The notes beneath the pieces are model-generated. The model had not been told where the DNA came from, searched no databases, and saw nothing but the letters and a program-made list of their open reading frames with translations. 64,000 nucleotides of DNA from Adineta vaga (lineage: Eukaryota > Animalia > Rotifera), in assembly GCA_021613535.1 (NCBI GenBank), contig CP075492.1, forward strand, positions 13,950,001 to 14,014,000, written 5' to 3'. Position 1 is the first letter of the stretch, and every line of letters begins with the position of its first letter. This document shows, one piece after another, positions 33,826-47,783 of the stretch. The translations under genes were made by a program, and so were the position numbers.

Positions 33826-36800
33826 ATGGTATCATTTGTAAAAAGCATCATTCTTACAATCGTTTTTATCCAAGTATATTTCGTTTATCTTTCATAAAAT
33901 CATACTCATTTAGTTTATTGTTACAGATTATTTCGGCACGCCATCATTTTGATGATGATGATGACGATGATGATGATGATGATGGTGATATTTCAATGCA
34001 TAGTTACAAATTCGATCATCATGAATCTTCATTTCATTCGAACAGAATATCAGGTTGAAGAATAATTTACATTAAAAAAGAATAATTGTTTTTTGTTGAA
34101 TTTAGATGATCTTCGAACGAAATTGACGAATATTCTTTATCCAGGAAATACATTTTCTATTTCTGAACTATCACATACGTTGATCGATAGTAGAAAAAAA
34201 GGAAATTCATATTCTTTTCGATTTCGTCAGGAAATTATGAATTATTTTAATGATCGATTATTCATTGGTGAATTGACACAATTAAAAACAGTGAATAAAG
34301 TAGATGTCTTATTCTATGATCAATCTGATCGACCTGTTTTGGACAAATATGGTGATATAATTCGATATACATCGAATATACATGATTTGGGACATGCTTT
34401 GGAATTAATTCAGTTGGAATTTTCTTTTTCTTCTATTGAATTTCTTTTAAAACTACAACCCGAAGCAACATTTAATAAGCATAATCTTTTCTTCCATTTT
34501 TCACATACATCATCAGGCAGTAAGTAATAAAGAGAAAAATTTGAAAATGAAAAATGTGAATGTTTCTTTTTAGCTGATGTAACAGGAAGAATTATTGGTC
34601 CGACCTTGTATGTTATCGGTTCAAGAAAACCAATGTATACTGTAACGAAAACTTGTCCACTCGGTATAAGATGTGGATGGTTCTTAAATAATGATCTTAT
34701 TTTTAATGGACCAGATACTTCCGTTGCATTAGATTGTAATGAAAACCATATTGGTAATCCCATATTATCTTATGTGAGCATTACTAATGGTATTACACAA
34801 ATATTAGCTTCACTTACCATTCGTATTACCTTTCGTCGAGAACAAAGTAAATTATCTTTAAATTTACTTCAGTGAAAAAATCTTCCTAGCTCGTGAACTG
34901 AATAATATATGGTTATTTTTTTTCTTGTGAAGGTTATTCTTCAGCAGAAAAGTACTACGAATAATCACGTAAACAAATATAGTTCAGTTGAATAGACAAT
35001 ATCGAACCATATAATGTATTTTTTATTGTTGTTTTCTGAAGTCAGAAACGTTGAGTATGACTGCTATGTGCAGGCATATCTAGATGACTGCAAAGAGGTT
35101 CTCGAAGTGTGGTCCCTTTCCTTCGCCATCTGAGATAAAGTTCCTAGTATTATTTCATACTATTATAGCATATTGTGTTAACCTATCATCTGTCCCTGCT
35201 CTACATTTATTATTACAAAACTAGAAACCAAACCGTATTAATTCATATTAGATTTTGTTGCGTGTTTGTGCTTAAAAATATATATTTTGTTAAACACAAC
35301 ACATTTGTCATAAATTCTCAGTTACTGAATGAATAATTTAAATACAGCATTCTGAAATATGTTCTAGAATAAACTCTCCTTTCATCCGTTCATTTTTACA
35401 TCACTCAGACTTTGAATCTTCCACTATAAAAAGTTCACTTTTCTATTTGAATCTTTGATTAGGACGTACGACCTCAACAACAACCATCATGCCTTCTACA
35501 GATCGTTCTACCGTAATGGCAACCAGCTCTTCTATGAATTCACTACAAACCACGATTGAAGAGACCATCACAACAGCTCAAACCACAACCGCACATAAAC
35601 AGTCAGAACCCTCATCTGAAATTACTAGTGCAACGTCAACAACGACTAGGGTCTCTGAATACACGAGCACCATCGAAGAGTCTATGCCACCGTCACAATA
35701 CAGTACCATAATGGATGAGTTCACAACGACTACAGAACCTACCAATACAGCATATGAATCAACCGCTACCCTTGAATATACAACTACAATTCGAGAGCAT
35801 ACCACTCAGGTGGAATCAATCACTACAATGGCAGAATCTACAACATCTCCAAAATATACTAAAAGCACTGAGGGATCTACGACACAGTCCGAACACAGCA
35901 GTATCACCGAAAAAGTCAATACCATCAATGAACCTAGCAATGCTACAGAAAAACCAGCCGACTCTTCACAACCTACGGATACGTACAAGGAATCTTCCTT
36001 ATCGTCACCCCCAACAATGCAAACGACAGAGTTGACCGGAAAAAGCGAAATGACAGATTCAACAAAGCAATCAACAAATGCCTCAGGACATAAAACTACA
36101 AGTGAAGGTGAAAGTACACTGCTCGAATACAGTAGTACTACCAACGAGCACATCTCGATCAACGAAGCTAGTAGCACAATTGAAGAACTATATACAACAT
36201 TGACAGCGACGTCCACACCCTCACGACCACAAATCACCAAAACAACAATGGAAACCATCACTGTCACTACAGACACTACTGAAACTACTACCACTACTGA
36301 TACTACCATGACTACAACGGAAACTACCACCACAACTGAAACTACCACGACTCCAACGGAAACTATTACCACTGAAACTACCACTACTCCAAAGGAAATT
36401 ACCACCACTGAAACTACTACCACTACTGATACGAACACGACTCCAAGGGAAACTATCACCACAACTGAAACTACCATGACTACAACGGAAACTACCACCA
36501 CTGAAGCTAACACGACTCCAAGGGAAAGTACCACCACAACTGAAACTACCACCACTGAAGTTAACACGAATCCAAGAGAAACTACCACCACCGAAACTAA
36601 CACGATGGAAACTACTACCACTACTGATACAAACACGACCCCAACGGAAACTGCCACCACCGAAACTAAGACGACGGAAACTACTACCACTGAAGTTAAC
36701 ACGACTCCAAGGGAAACTATCACCACAACTGAAACTACCATGACTACAACGGAAAGTACCGCCACAACTGAAACTACCATGACTACAACGGAAACTACCA

Positions 36801-39587
36801 CCACTGAAGTTAACACGACTCCAAGGGAAAGTACCACCACAACTGAAACTACCATGACTACAACGGAAACTACCATGACTACAACGGAAACTACCACCAC
36901 TGAAGTTAACACGACTCCAAGGGAAAGTACCACCACAACTGAAACTACCATGACTACAACGGAAACTACCACCACTGAAGTTAACACGACTCCAAGGGAA
37001 AGTACCACCACAACTGAAACTACCATGACTACAACGGAAACTACCATGACTACAACGGAAACTACCACCACTGAAGTTAACACGACTCCAAGGGAAAGTA
37101 CCACCACAACTGAAACTACCATGACTACAACGGAAACTACCATGACTACAACGGAAACTACCATGACTACAACGGAAACTACCACCACTGAAGTTAACAC
37201 GACTCCAAGGGAAACTATCACCACCGAAACTAACACGATGGAAACTACTACCACTACTGATACTACCACCACTCCAACGGAAAATACCATCACTGAAACT
37301 AACACGACCCCAAGGGAAGCTACCACCACAACTGAAAATACCATGACTACAACGGAAACTACCACCACTGAAGTTAACACGACCCCAAGGGAAACTATCA
37401 CCACTGAGACTACTACTACGACTCCAATGGAAACTGCCACCACCGAAACTAAGACGACGGAAACTACTACCACTGAAGCTAACACGACTCCAAGGAAAAG
37501 TACCACCACTGAAACTATTATGACTACAACGGAAACCAGCACCACTGAAACCACCAATACGACGATAGATAGTACTTCAACAACAACAACGGAAACTACT
37601 ACTGAAACCACTACTGAAGCCATCACTACGACCACAGATATTACTTCAACAACAACGGAAACTACTACAACCACTACAGAAACTACAACAACAGTAACTA
37701 GCACGACTATAACTTGGACTACAACGACATTCACTTCGACAACAAGTAATAGTAAGTGTAGAAGACTTGTTTCATACTTTGTAGCGTAGTAGTTATGTGG
37801 TCGGTGAAATATATAGGAGAGTTAATTGTTCTTACTGCAAAATAGGGAAGAAATGCTAGAGAGTGAGCTGCATTCTGATTGAAAAGAGAATATAATTTCT
37901 ATGATGTTCCTTGTATTTGATGGATTATACATCGAATAAACCGAAAAGCTTTGTTGATATATGAACGCACTCACAGTATGATAGTTTTGCGGAAGTAGAC
38001 TGTTATGATATGATTAGGTTTAGAAAGAACAAAACAGATGTAAATTTGATGAGATTTAGATTAACTTTGTATTTGATGGTAGTTCTAGAAGGATGATATT
38101 GATTGTAATGATCTCTGATATTTATCAGTATAGTAGTAGCAGATTCATTCTCTCTCACAACTGGCTGAGACAATTAATTATTTCACGTTTTCTCTTGTCG
38201 TTATTGTGTTTTTAGTCGAAAAATATAGAGTTGGCAATGAATGTTCAGAAGATAAGATACACTAAGTTTATCAGAATAACTTTGACGTTATATTTCGCGT
38301 TGTTCAATAATAGTTGAGGAATAATTTTCGTTAGAGATTACAAGTGTTGGTTCTTGAAAAAAACTGAGTAACAGTGTCTAATTAGCATTCAGCTTATACT
38401 GTGGATAAATCGAAATTGGCAGCTCTAAAATAATTGTTATCATGGAAATGTTTCTTACGTATTGCAAGAAATTGTGCGAGTTCGTTTCTATGCTCATTCT
38501 CTATGGAACATTTAATATGCATCATTGAATTTCAGGAGTTTGCAGATTGTTAAGACTCGGTCAAGGTCGCTTTCTTATGTGGATGACCTTCAATCGAATA
38601 GATCAACGAACGAGGGCATTCTTACATAAGATTGAAACAGATTATCTCGTAAAGCATCAGAGAAGATCATTAAGTTATCGATGAATCTCATCCTATGTGT
38701 ATTTATTAATTCATTCATTGCATCTACTGTATATTTTTCTAGAAAAAAATCAAGTGAGAATATCAAGTGGAATGAATATGATATAAATATGAAGAAAAGA
38801 AATGAGAAGTATAGCACGTCATACTTGCAGAAACTACTGCTGAATCATTGCCAGTACGGATAAGATTGAGGATCGTGTTTTCGAAAGGAAAGAATAATAC
38901 TGAACATTTTTTTTTATAGTATGTTCTTTGAGCAGCATTGAGAACGGTGGCTTTGAATCTGGTAATTCCAATGATTGGATAGTTGGCGGTGGAGATAGAA
39001 GTTTAATTTCATCATTTGACATTCAACTAGAAGAGTATCTACCAGGTGGTGCACGTTATGAGTTATCTATTGCTCTAAATCATTCCGAAATTGTTGTATC
39101 TGGTGGGGATCCGATTTACTCAAATATGTTACCAATGATCGTGTTCAGTGGTACTTATGCGTGGCGTGTTGGAAATGTTGAATCAGGTGGACATGTATCA
39201 GTAATTAGTCGTCAAATTAATAATTACTATTGTTCGGACATCTATTTTGCATGGTTAGCACTATTAGCAAGTGGAAGTCATAGTGAAAGTAACTCTAGCA
39301 TGATGATAATTGAGTTGAAAGATGCAACTATTGGAGTCCTATTACTTTCACGTCGTTTCGATTCCAGAAAAGATGAGGGCGGTGTTGATGGCCGTTTTAA
39401 TTATAAAGATTTAATTTTTTATACACGTGATTGGCAAGTCGAACATGTAACTATCAACGAGACCCATATCGGCCATAATTTCACTTTAACTGTTCTATCA
39501 GCAGACTGTCGAGAGGAAAATCATGCCGGTTACGTTTATATTGATAGTTTTGGTAGTGATATGCCCATTCCAACAATGATCACATAA
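33826..39587 (+). CDS. Secreted mucin-like protein: signal peptide, poly-Asp, unassigned globular region, ~760-aa Thr-rich stalk, C-terminal bacterial-like domain paralogous to 14578-15227
   Basis: Exons: 33826 MVSFVKSIILTIVFIQ | IISARHHFDDDDDDDDDDDG... | ~34106-34519 | ~34574-34846 | 35463-37751 (Thr-rich) | 38920-39587 (NGGFESG...YFAWLALL...ADC...HAGYVYIDSFG). Splice phases are compatible throughout. Confidence 0.85.
36240..37750 (+). repeat. Hierarchical mucin tandem repeat (~75-nt unit TETTMTTTETTTTEVNTTPRESTTT with a 21-nt ETTMTTT sub-repeat)
   Basis: Repeated gaaactaccatgactacaacg and actgaagttaacacgactccaagggaaag. Confidence 0.95.
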
Positions 39588-40238
39588 CAAAGAATCATTT
39601 AGTCACAAAATTTACATGGGAATATATTTTCAAAAGTTGGATATTTTAATTTTAATTTAGAGTTCTTTTTATTGATGTATTGTCAATTTGAAATTGTTCA
39701 ATAAATTAGAACTCGTATATTCGATTTTAACAGCAACTTGTGTTAGAACTTTTTAAGATCTTAATTCTACATAGAATTTTAAGCATTAAAGTTATAGATC
39801 ACAGAAAGTATCTGTAGAGACGAATCACTTTCTAGTGTTTACTTTGTAATTATTTCAAGTATTGTTATATATAGATTGAGATTTTTGTATATAAAGTTTA
39901 TACATTCAATAGCTTTGTTTAAATAGTTTTTGTGTACACGAATTTTAATCAGTGTCACAATACGGATTAGAAAATGATAAATCATAAATCATAAAGATTG
40001 TTAAAGACTTAATCTTATTTCAGTAGTATGTTGGTAGAGAAGAAACAGATATTCTTCTTATATTTCAGAAAAAATCGAAATATAGCTTTAAGAATATCTG
40101 TGTGTTTGATTTAGTTAAATTTGTTATCGAAAATCAATAGAGAGAACACTTATAATTATTGTTTGTTACAATATAATTTTTCTGTGAATATCTCTTAGTA
40201 TTAATATCTCGATGATAAAAATACTTTTACTGTTGTAG

Positions 40239-42353
40239 GAATCTGTAATCCGGCTTGTAAGAATAATAGGACTTGTACAGTCTATAATAATTGCACATGT
40301 ACAACTGCTTTTAGTGGTCCATCGTGCGAAATTCGTAAGTAATGTATTGTCTGAGATATATATATGTCACAGTTGATATGAGAATTCAGTTGAGATTGGA
40401 ATGCGCGAAAAAAATAGACAAAAAAGAGAAATGAAAATTAAATATAGACAGAGATTCGAAAATGAAAAATAGAATAAAAATAAAATAGATTTATTCATCA
40501 ATAAATCTATCTGAATCGAATGGAATATTATAAATGGATTTTCATAAAAAAATATTTTGTCATTCATAGTGTTTTCTTTTTATCAAAGAATAGTTTCATT
40601 TTCGCTATATTCGTAAGTTTATACATAGACTATATTTATAAAGATGCCATTTGATTGATAATAATAAATGAACAATTCATAAAAGAGTGTATTTCAAAAT
40701 ATTATTATGTGAGAAATCTGAGTGATACAATCATTTCTCTATTTTATATTCTCTTAGTAGATGTTCATTCCTACACAACGAATCTTCAGCGATAGTCCTA
40801 TGATTAACTTTTTAAAATAAGTTATTAAATTCGTTGTTTCATGTGTAACTTGTCAAATTTTGTAGAAATATTTACTTCATTAACGAATTGTACTCTCTGT
40901 CTTTTTTACCTCCTGCTCGAAATCATTTCGTCAAAACTATTCCAAATTTATTTTGATTTCAAGGGGCACTAAAAAACGATATTCCTATTCCTCAAACTCA
41001 ACTGCCTTATTTCTCGTTTTAATTTATGTCGCCATTTTCATCCGCTCTCTGCTCGTAATGTTTTCAAACTTCACTAAATTTTTATCAATACCTAAAATAC
41101 TATATCATTCATTACATTCTATTTCCAATTAGTCAATAAAAATATTTAACAAAACCTATATTTTCTAAAAAAAATCTGAGAGATAATTCATTTTTCATCC
41201 ATATAATTTATACGTCGCAAATATTTATTCTATGCATACAAACATATGTTTTTATACATCGAAATATTCGGAAGCAGTCTGACCTATATTCGAAATAAGA
41301 AACTGCAAAAAACTAGTTTTTAAAAAAGGAAAAGAGAGAGATTTATTTAGAGCAGTGTGAAATATACCGTAACAGGAAAAATAGGTAGCAAAAATCTTTC
41401 TCTTAATACAAAATGAAAGAAAATTTGATGTCCCGCACATTAAAAAGATCTGTCTTTTTATACGAAATCAGTCTCTTCTTTTGATACAAAAAGCAACATC
41501 TTTATAAAACAATTATTTAACGATTCATAATTTGGTTAAATAAATTATAATTGTTTTCTTTCATATACAATTATCAATTCTATTTTTCCTCTCTACAAAT
41601 AAAAATTTAGATTTAGATAGTGTTTTTCTATATTCCAATCTCAACTAAATTCCCTAACGAACTGCCATATATATATATACATAATCTATATATATATATA
41701 TTATAGAGTCGACTGGTTTATGTTTCAATAATGATACATTTTATAGTCAGCCAATTTCATTAATTACATTTGGTAGTGGTATTGCACAGTATTCTAAAGC
41801 TAAACCTGCAAGTTTTAATTTCGTTACGACATACACACAAAGATATGCATCGCCGACAAATGATGGTTTTTTTAGTTTTATCAATTCTATTCATAATGAT
41901 TTCAACGGTGTATGGCATACTAGTTCAAAAGACCATACTGAAGATCAGAATGGGTATATGTTTCTAGTAAATATGAATACAAATCGTGGCCTATTCTACA
42001 ATAGTACAATCAAAAATCTTTGTATTGGAAGACGTTACGAATTTTCTGTTTACCTTGCTAATGTTTGCAAAATAGATGGTCTAATTAATCCAAACGTTCG
42101 ATTTGAAGTTCGAAGTGCAGCACCTAATAGTTCGGTACTTGCTCAATTAGATTCAGGGTCCGTACCAGTCAATACGACCGTTATGGTTTGGAAAAAATAT
42201 GGTCTTTCATTTCAACCACCAACCAGCTCAATTGTGTTATTAATGATATCTAATGTTGACGGCGGTGCGGGAAATGATTTAGCACTTGACGACATTGCAT
42301 TGCGCGTTTGTTCAGACAATGGCAATGGTTTTTGTGATTCTCAGAATGGTTGA
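40239..42353 (+). CDS. EGF exon plus terminal Bacteroidetes-like beta-sandwich domain exon; no own 5' exon found
   Basis: Exon 40239-40334 ICNPACKNNRTCTVYNNCTCTTAFSGPSCEI (phase 1-1); exon 41707-42353 ITFGSG...WH...DHTEDQNGYMFLVN...LCIGRRYEFSVYLAN...WKKYGLSF...GGAGNDLALDDIALRVC. Confidence 0.75.
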
Positions 42354-43075
42354 ACGACAACATCACTGTATGAAACTTTTATTTCGTCTCTTTCTTTTAT
42401 TTTTAAATCATAGGGGTATATACAAATATGGGTTGATTTAAATTTTGAATAAATACAATATATTTATATCTATTCATTAATTGATAATTTCCTATCTCGC
42501 TACTGCTTTATTTATATTCTCACACGAATGAGATAGGCTAATGCCAATTCGGTATATAGTTTAATATCTTACTCTGAAAAATGGGAATTGATCTGAATAA
42601 CAGAATGTAGAATACACAAGTGCATCTTTCGAAAACTAACTATGGCGTATGTTTTCTTTCTTTTATTCCCTTTCTAGATAGTGAAAATATAACGATAGAG
42701 AAAGATTCAATAAAGATTTTCTTCTTTATTGTACATCATTGTTGATTGATTCACTTGTGTCAATATTGATCTAAAATGAAATCAGAAGTAGAAAATATTT
42801 TGATACTGTGATAAAAAGATAAACGTACTTAACTTGTGAGTCTCATGATGACTACAACACGAAACTAATATGACCAACGAACTTTTGTTTCAGTGGACTA
42901 GTTAACCCTTGTTTGGATGCTTTTCATCTTTCTCTCGATGAAACATCGTTTGTTTGATTCTATCGATCGAAGAATATGTGAAACGGAAAATGAGAATAAA
43001 TAGTTCTATAAAAGTCATTCATATTAGATGATTGACCATTCTAACAAGCAAACGTCGAACAAAACATTCATTCAA

Positions 43076-44995
43076 ATGTATTCTCAACTTTTAATTATGC
43101 ATTTCTTTAATTTTCTACATTGGATTGAATCGAAGCAAGTTGGTTCTATCAATGATATGAGTGTGTTATCATTTGCATCTGGTGTTATATCGATTAATAG
43201 TTCTTGTCATGAATGTATTTGCATGATGGTGAAGACAAACACTATTCTTGGTGTTACTTGTTTAATAAATCAAACTTATTTACTCTTTTCTAACTATTCA
43301 TTATCTTACAATGTTACTAATACTTCTAATGCAAGTTTTCATTTTCTCGTCTTACCTCCACAGGAACAGTTTTCTACCGATGAGATAACTACAATAACAT
43401 ACACAAGTACAGGTAAATTATTTCCTAAGATGTTCTCGATCAAATTGTCTATTTTACAGTCAGTTGTAGCATAAATTGTATGAATAATGGAACTTGTCTA
43501 ATATCAAATGTATGTATATGCACACCTGAATGGTAAGTTTTTCTTTAATAATATCATTTCATAGAAAAAATAAATTATATTTAGGAATGGAACATACTGT
43601 GAAATTCCAGTTTGTTCAGTAACATGTGAAAATTCTGGAAATTGTACTGCTCCAGGTATTTGTACTTGTTACTATGGTTGGACAGGTAGCCATTGTGAAC
43701 ATGGTGAGTTGAATAGAAATCATTTAAATATGATGTATTCAATTGACTATCACGTTTTAGTACAAACTGTTCGATGGACATTTGATAACACATTCAACGA
43801 CTTGAATGGACAGTTTCATGGCATAGGTTATAATTCTCCTACATTTACAACAGGTATCAATGGATATGGTTTAGCTTTAGCATTAAATGGAACGCGTAAT
43901 CAATGTGTTATTGTTTCTCCTTACTTAAACACGAATCATATGAGTTTTACTTGGGAGTTTTGGATTTATCCAACAATTGCACTTCCTACTGATACTACGC
44001 TTATCAGTCAATGTTTTAATGTAAGCAGAGATCAATGTTTATTGGTTATGGTGAGATCTGATAAGATGTTATTTTCATTTTGGTATGATGATATTAATGG
44101 TATAACATCAATTCCAATTAATAAATGGTCTCATATAGCATTGGTCTATGATATGGTAATGAATAGAAAAGTGATTTATTTAAATGGTATTTTAGAACAT
44201 GCTCAGTATTCGTATGGATCTCTTCAAACAGCTCTAGTAAATCTAACGTTCGGATGTCGAACAATGAATAAAGGTATTTCGTATGACAAATTCTTTACTG
44301 GATATATTGATCAAATAATATATAATTCTCGTATAAAAAATGCTAGTGAGATTCTTAATGACGCTACACTTGTTGTCCACCATCGTTTTCTTTCCATTGC
44401 ACCATTGATTGATTCTAGTTCTAATTACATCAATGGAAGTTGGGGTGGAAGTACTATTTCAATATCTTCAGGCATTGTTAATCAAGCAATTGATTTTCCT
44501 ACCAATGGTTCTTACTTTCAACTAACTGGACTTGTTCTATTAGGAACTTCTGATTGGCCTCTATCTTTATCCTTTTGGTTTAAAATAAATACATTGACTG
44601 AAATGACTTCGATGGTTCATCTTTTCAATACTATTCAATGTATGGATATGATTACATTACTAACTAATGGAACGATACAAGTTCAAATCTTTAATGGTAC
44701 TATGAATAACGTTCTTCTCGGTCCAGTGATGCCTCTTTATTTATGGAATCATGTTGTTTATACATTTTCAACAATAAACGGAATGAGATTATATGTGAAT
44801 GGAAGTCTACACGGATCAATAATGACACGATATTCTGCGAGTAATTCTCCAGTTACACTCATATTTGGAAATTCATTATTAAATACGACTTGTGGGCATC
44901 TCAATCAACAATTTTGTGGAAGTATTGATGAAGTAAGATTGTATTCACGTGAACTAAATGGAACGGAAATCGTACAATTATATACAAATCCATAA
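43076..44995 (+). CDS. Secreted protein: signal peptide, PAN-like domain, two EGF domains, two LamG/concanavalin A-like domains
   Basis: SCHECICMM...; EGF exons ~43459-43532 and ~43565-43703; LamG motifs WTFD...FTWEFWIYP...WSHIALVY...IYLNG...FTGYIDQI and LSFWF...WNHVVYT...LYVNG...GSIDEVRLYSREL. Confidence 0.88.
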
Positions 44996-45069
44996 TGTTC
45001 AAAGATTAAAATATAACAGATATTTAGTATATCTGTTATTGTTAGTTACGAATTGCAACTATAATTTAT

Positions 45070-47251
45070 TCAAAAGGCCGTTGTCTGTTCTCTCTTATAT
45101 TGTTTCTGATCTTTCTCCATTTTTCGTTTACTTTGCGATCTAAATCAAGAATAAATATATATAAAATATATTCATTCGAAATCAATTGAAATTACTGCAT
45201 AAAATTCATTTGTTCAACATCAGCAACGGATTGAGGTAATGATTGGTTTAATGTTTCAGGAAACATTAATGCAAGCATTGCAGCAATCAATGACATACAA
45301 CCATAGAATAGTACCGGAAAATGAATCCATAAACGTGTCTAAACTGAACTAGTACGAAGATAATTTCATATACAAATGATATTTACCAAATTATCGTTTG
45401 CAAATGTACCAATAATTGCACCGATACGTGCAACCATTGAACAAATTCCCATTCCAGTATTTCGTACATTCGTTGGAAAAAGTTCATTTGCATAAATATA
45501 AATAATTGCATAAGATGAGGATGCCAAAAATTTCAACGTTCCATTGATAATATTCATTAATAATCGTTGACCTAGATATTATATACTATTATTTACATAA
45601 GTTTTTTCTTTCTCTAACAAACTTTTTCCATCCTTTGACATTAAATATTGAACGGGAAGAATAAGAAAAGAAACGAACGAGAACAGAATTACGAAAGTAC
45701 AATAAGGAATCTTTCGACCGATTCGATCGAGAATCGAATGAACAAGAATATATCCGAGTAATTCAACAAATGCACTGATACCAAATGACATATAGGGATC
45801 AAAATTCCATGAACCTAATTCATGAACATATAAATAGAAATTTCATATTATACAACAAGCATACCGGTATTTTGTGAAACACCATAGAAGACAAGATTTT
45901 GAACAAGCCATTGAAAGAAAAGATTAATACTAATAATAGCCATGATTTTTGATTGAAATAAACTTTTTATTCCTTCTTGATTCTCTTTTTGTGATGCAAT
46001 CTAAATCTAAAATTTTCATACTAATTCTCTTGAGAACAACTTGTTTTACTTGTATTTGTGTTTGTTTAAGTTTTTCAAATGCATTTTCATCAAATTGACA
46101 TCCATTCATCTTCGCAATCTTTCGTAAAACTTCTTCACCTTCATCAAATCGACCTTTACTAATCAACCATCGAGGACTTTCTGGTAAAATACTTTGAAAA
46201 ATCATCATTTACCGTACTATAATGTATACTTAAAAAGAATATAACTTACAAATAAAAAAATAAATATGGATAGGTAAATAATGATATAGCCCATGTTAAT
46301 GTTCGCCATGTTCGAATAAAATAAGCAAATATTAATAAAATCATTTGACCAAATGCAAAAAAATATTCAATAACAATTCCTGTTAAAAGTCGTTTTTCTG
46401 GTCCAACTAGAAGTGAAAGAAAGAAATTTTATTGAAAGAAACCTATCGTTCTCGATTACCTATTTCTGAACCAAGAACAAAGCCCGAAACTGAAATGCCT
46501 CTCGTCGAGCAAGCAAGTAAAAATCTTGCTAAAATAAATATAATATATGATGGCCAAAATCCAAATGCTTTTTGTGGTCCAAATGTACATAATAGACTTG
46601 ATAATGTCATTAGAATAAAACTAAAACTCATTATCGGACGACGACCATATCTAATACGAAAAAAGAAAGAGAAATGAAACATTCTTTTCTTCTAACGAAG
46701 AAAATTACTTGTCAGCAAGAATTCCGAATAGAATTGAACCAACCATATAACCAACGAAGAAAATCGTTTGTACCCATGAACGATAAGTAACACGATCACA
46801 AACCATATTCCACTGAATTGATTTGGATGAAAAAGAGAAAAAAAAAGATTTATTTTTAAATATAAAAAAAACTTACATCTTCAATTAACGTATCTTGATA
46901 ATATTTTCGATCGAAAACATAATTATCGCATGTTTCTAATGTCGAATTGATGGATGATGAACGAATAAAACATCGTTGACATTCTTTCAATGACAGAGGC
47001 TTTTTATTTAATAAACATTGTTCTTTTGTTGGACGATATTCTTCGTTAAAGATTAGATTTGATGTTTCGTTGTAGTCATCCATCGACCATTGAAAAGGAT
47101 TTCGACAACGAAAATCAGGTGTTGCAGCTGTAAATGAATATGTATAAACCATAATTGGTGGTAACATGTATGTTAAACATATGATTGTATATTTAATCTT
47201 TTGAAATCTTCCCCAATCATTGATTAAGAATAAAAATTCATCAAACTTCAT
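45070..47251 (-). CDS. MFS organic cation/anion transporter, SLC22-like
   Basis: MKFDEFL...WGRFQK; Cys-rich loop; YGRRP; LPESPRWLISKGR; DRIGRK; NELFPTNVRNTGMG; FPETLNQSLPQS. About 10 exons. The last short exon (45070-45139) is inferred; otherwise the stop is at 45192. Confidence 0.9.
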
Positions 47252-47783
47252 CTCTCTTGCCTATTAATTCTTTAGGAGAACAACTCATGAAATGAATAGT
47301 CCTATTCTCAAACATTTCATTTTTCTTCTTCTTATCAATTCAATTGAAATCGATACCATCTTCCAACCAAATAGATTAATAGTTATTTTAATGATAAAAC
47401 TATACAATGATCAACTGTTTGACTATGCTCATACAATCTTGTCTTTTCTTTATTCAAGACAACTTATCTAGAAATATGGTCATACATGAGAAAACGAAGA
47501 GAGTCCAAAGTCAAGTATAGTTATGTACACACCGTGTTACATTTATATCATACATCTAATAGAATTGTTTCTGTTATTGATAAAAAGCAAATACATATTT
47601 TTATGATGAGTAATAAGTAGAAAAGAAAAGTTACTTCCTATAAATGAATCATTGATCTTATGTATATGAAAAGTACGTTCATGTTGCAATAACAAATGAA
47701 TAGCTAACTTAATGATAACTTACAGGTGATCGACTCATTTTTCTCTACAACCGTTTTTACCACGTGTAACTATCGAAAATATA

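Noticed and set aside
35806-37734. 642-aa Val-rich ORF on the - strand
   Set aside because: Antisense shadow of the Thr-codon mucin repeat; the + frame has splice-compatible flanking exons.
40940-41460. Possible transposon or MITE in the long intron
   Set aside because: Composition differs slightly, but I found no terminal inverted repeats, target-site duplication or transposase remnant.
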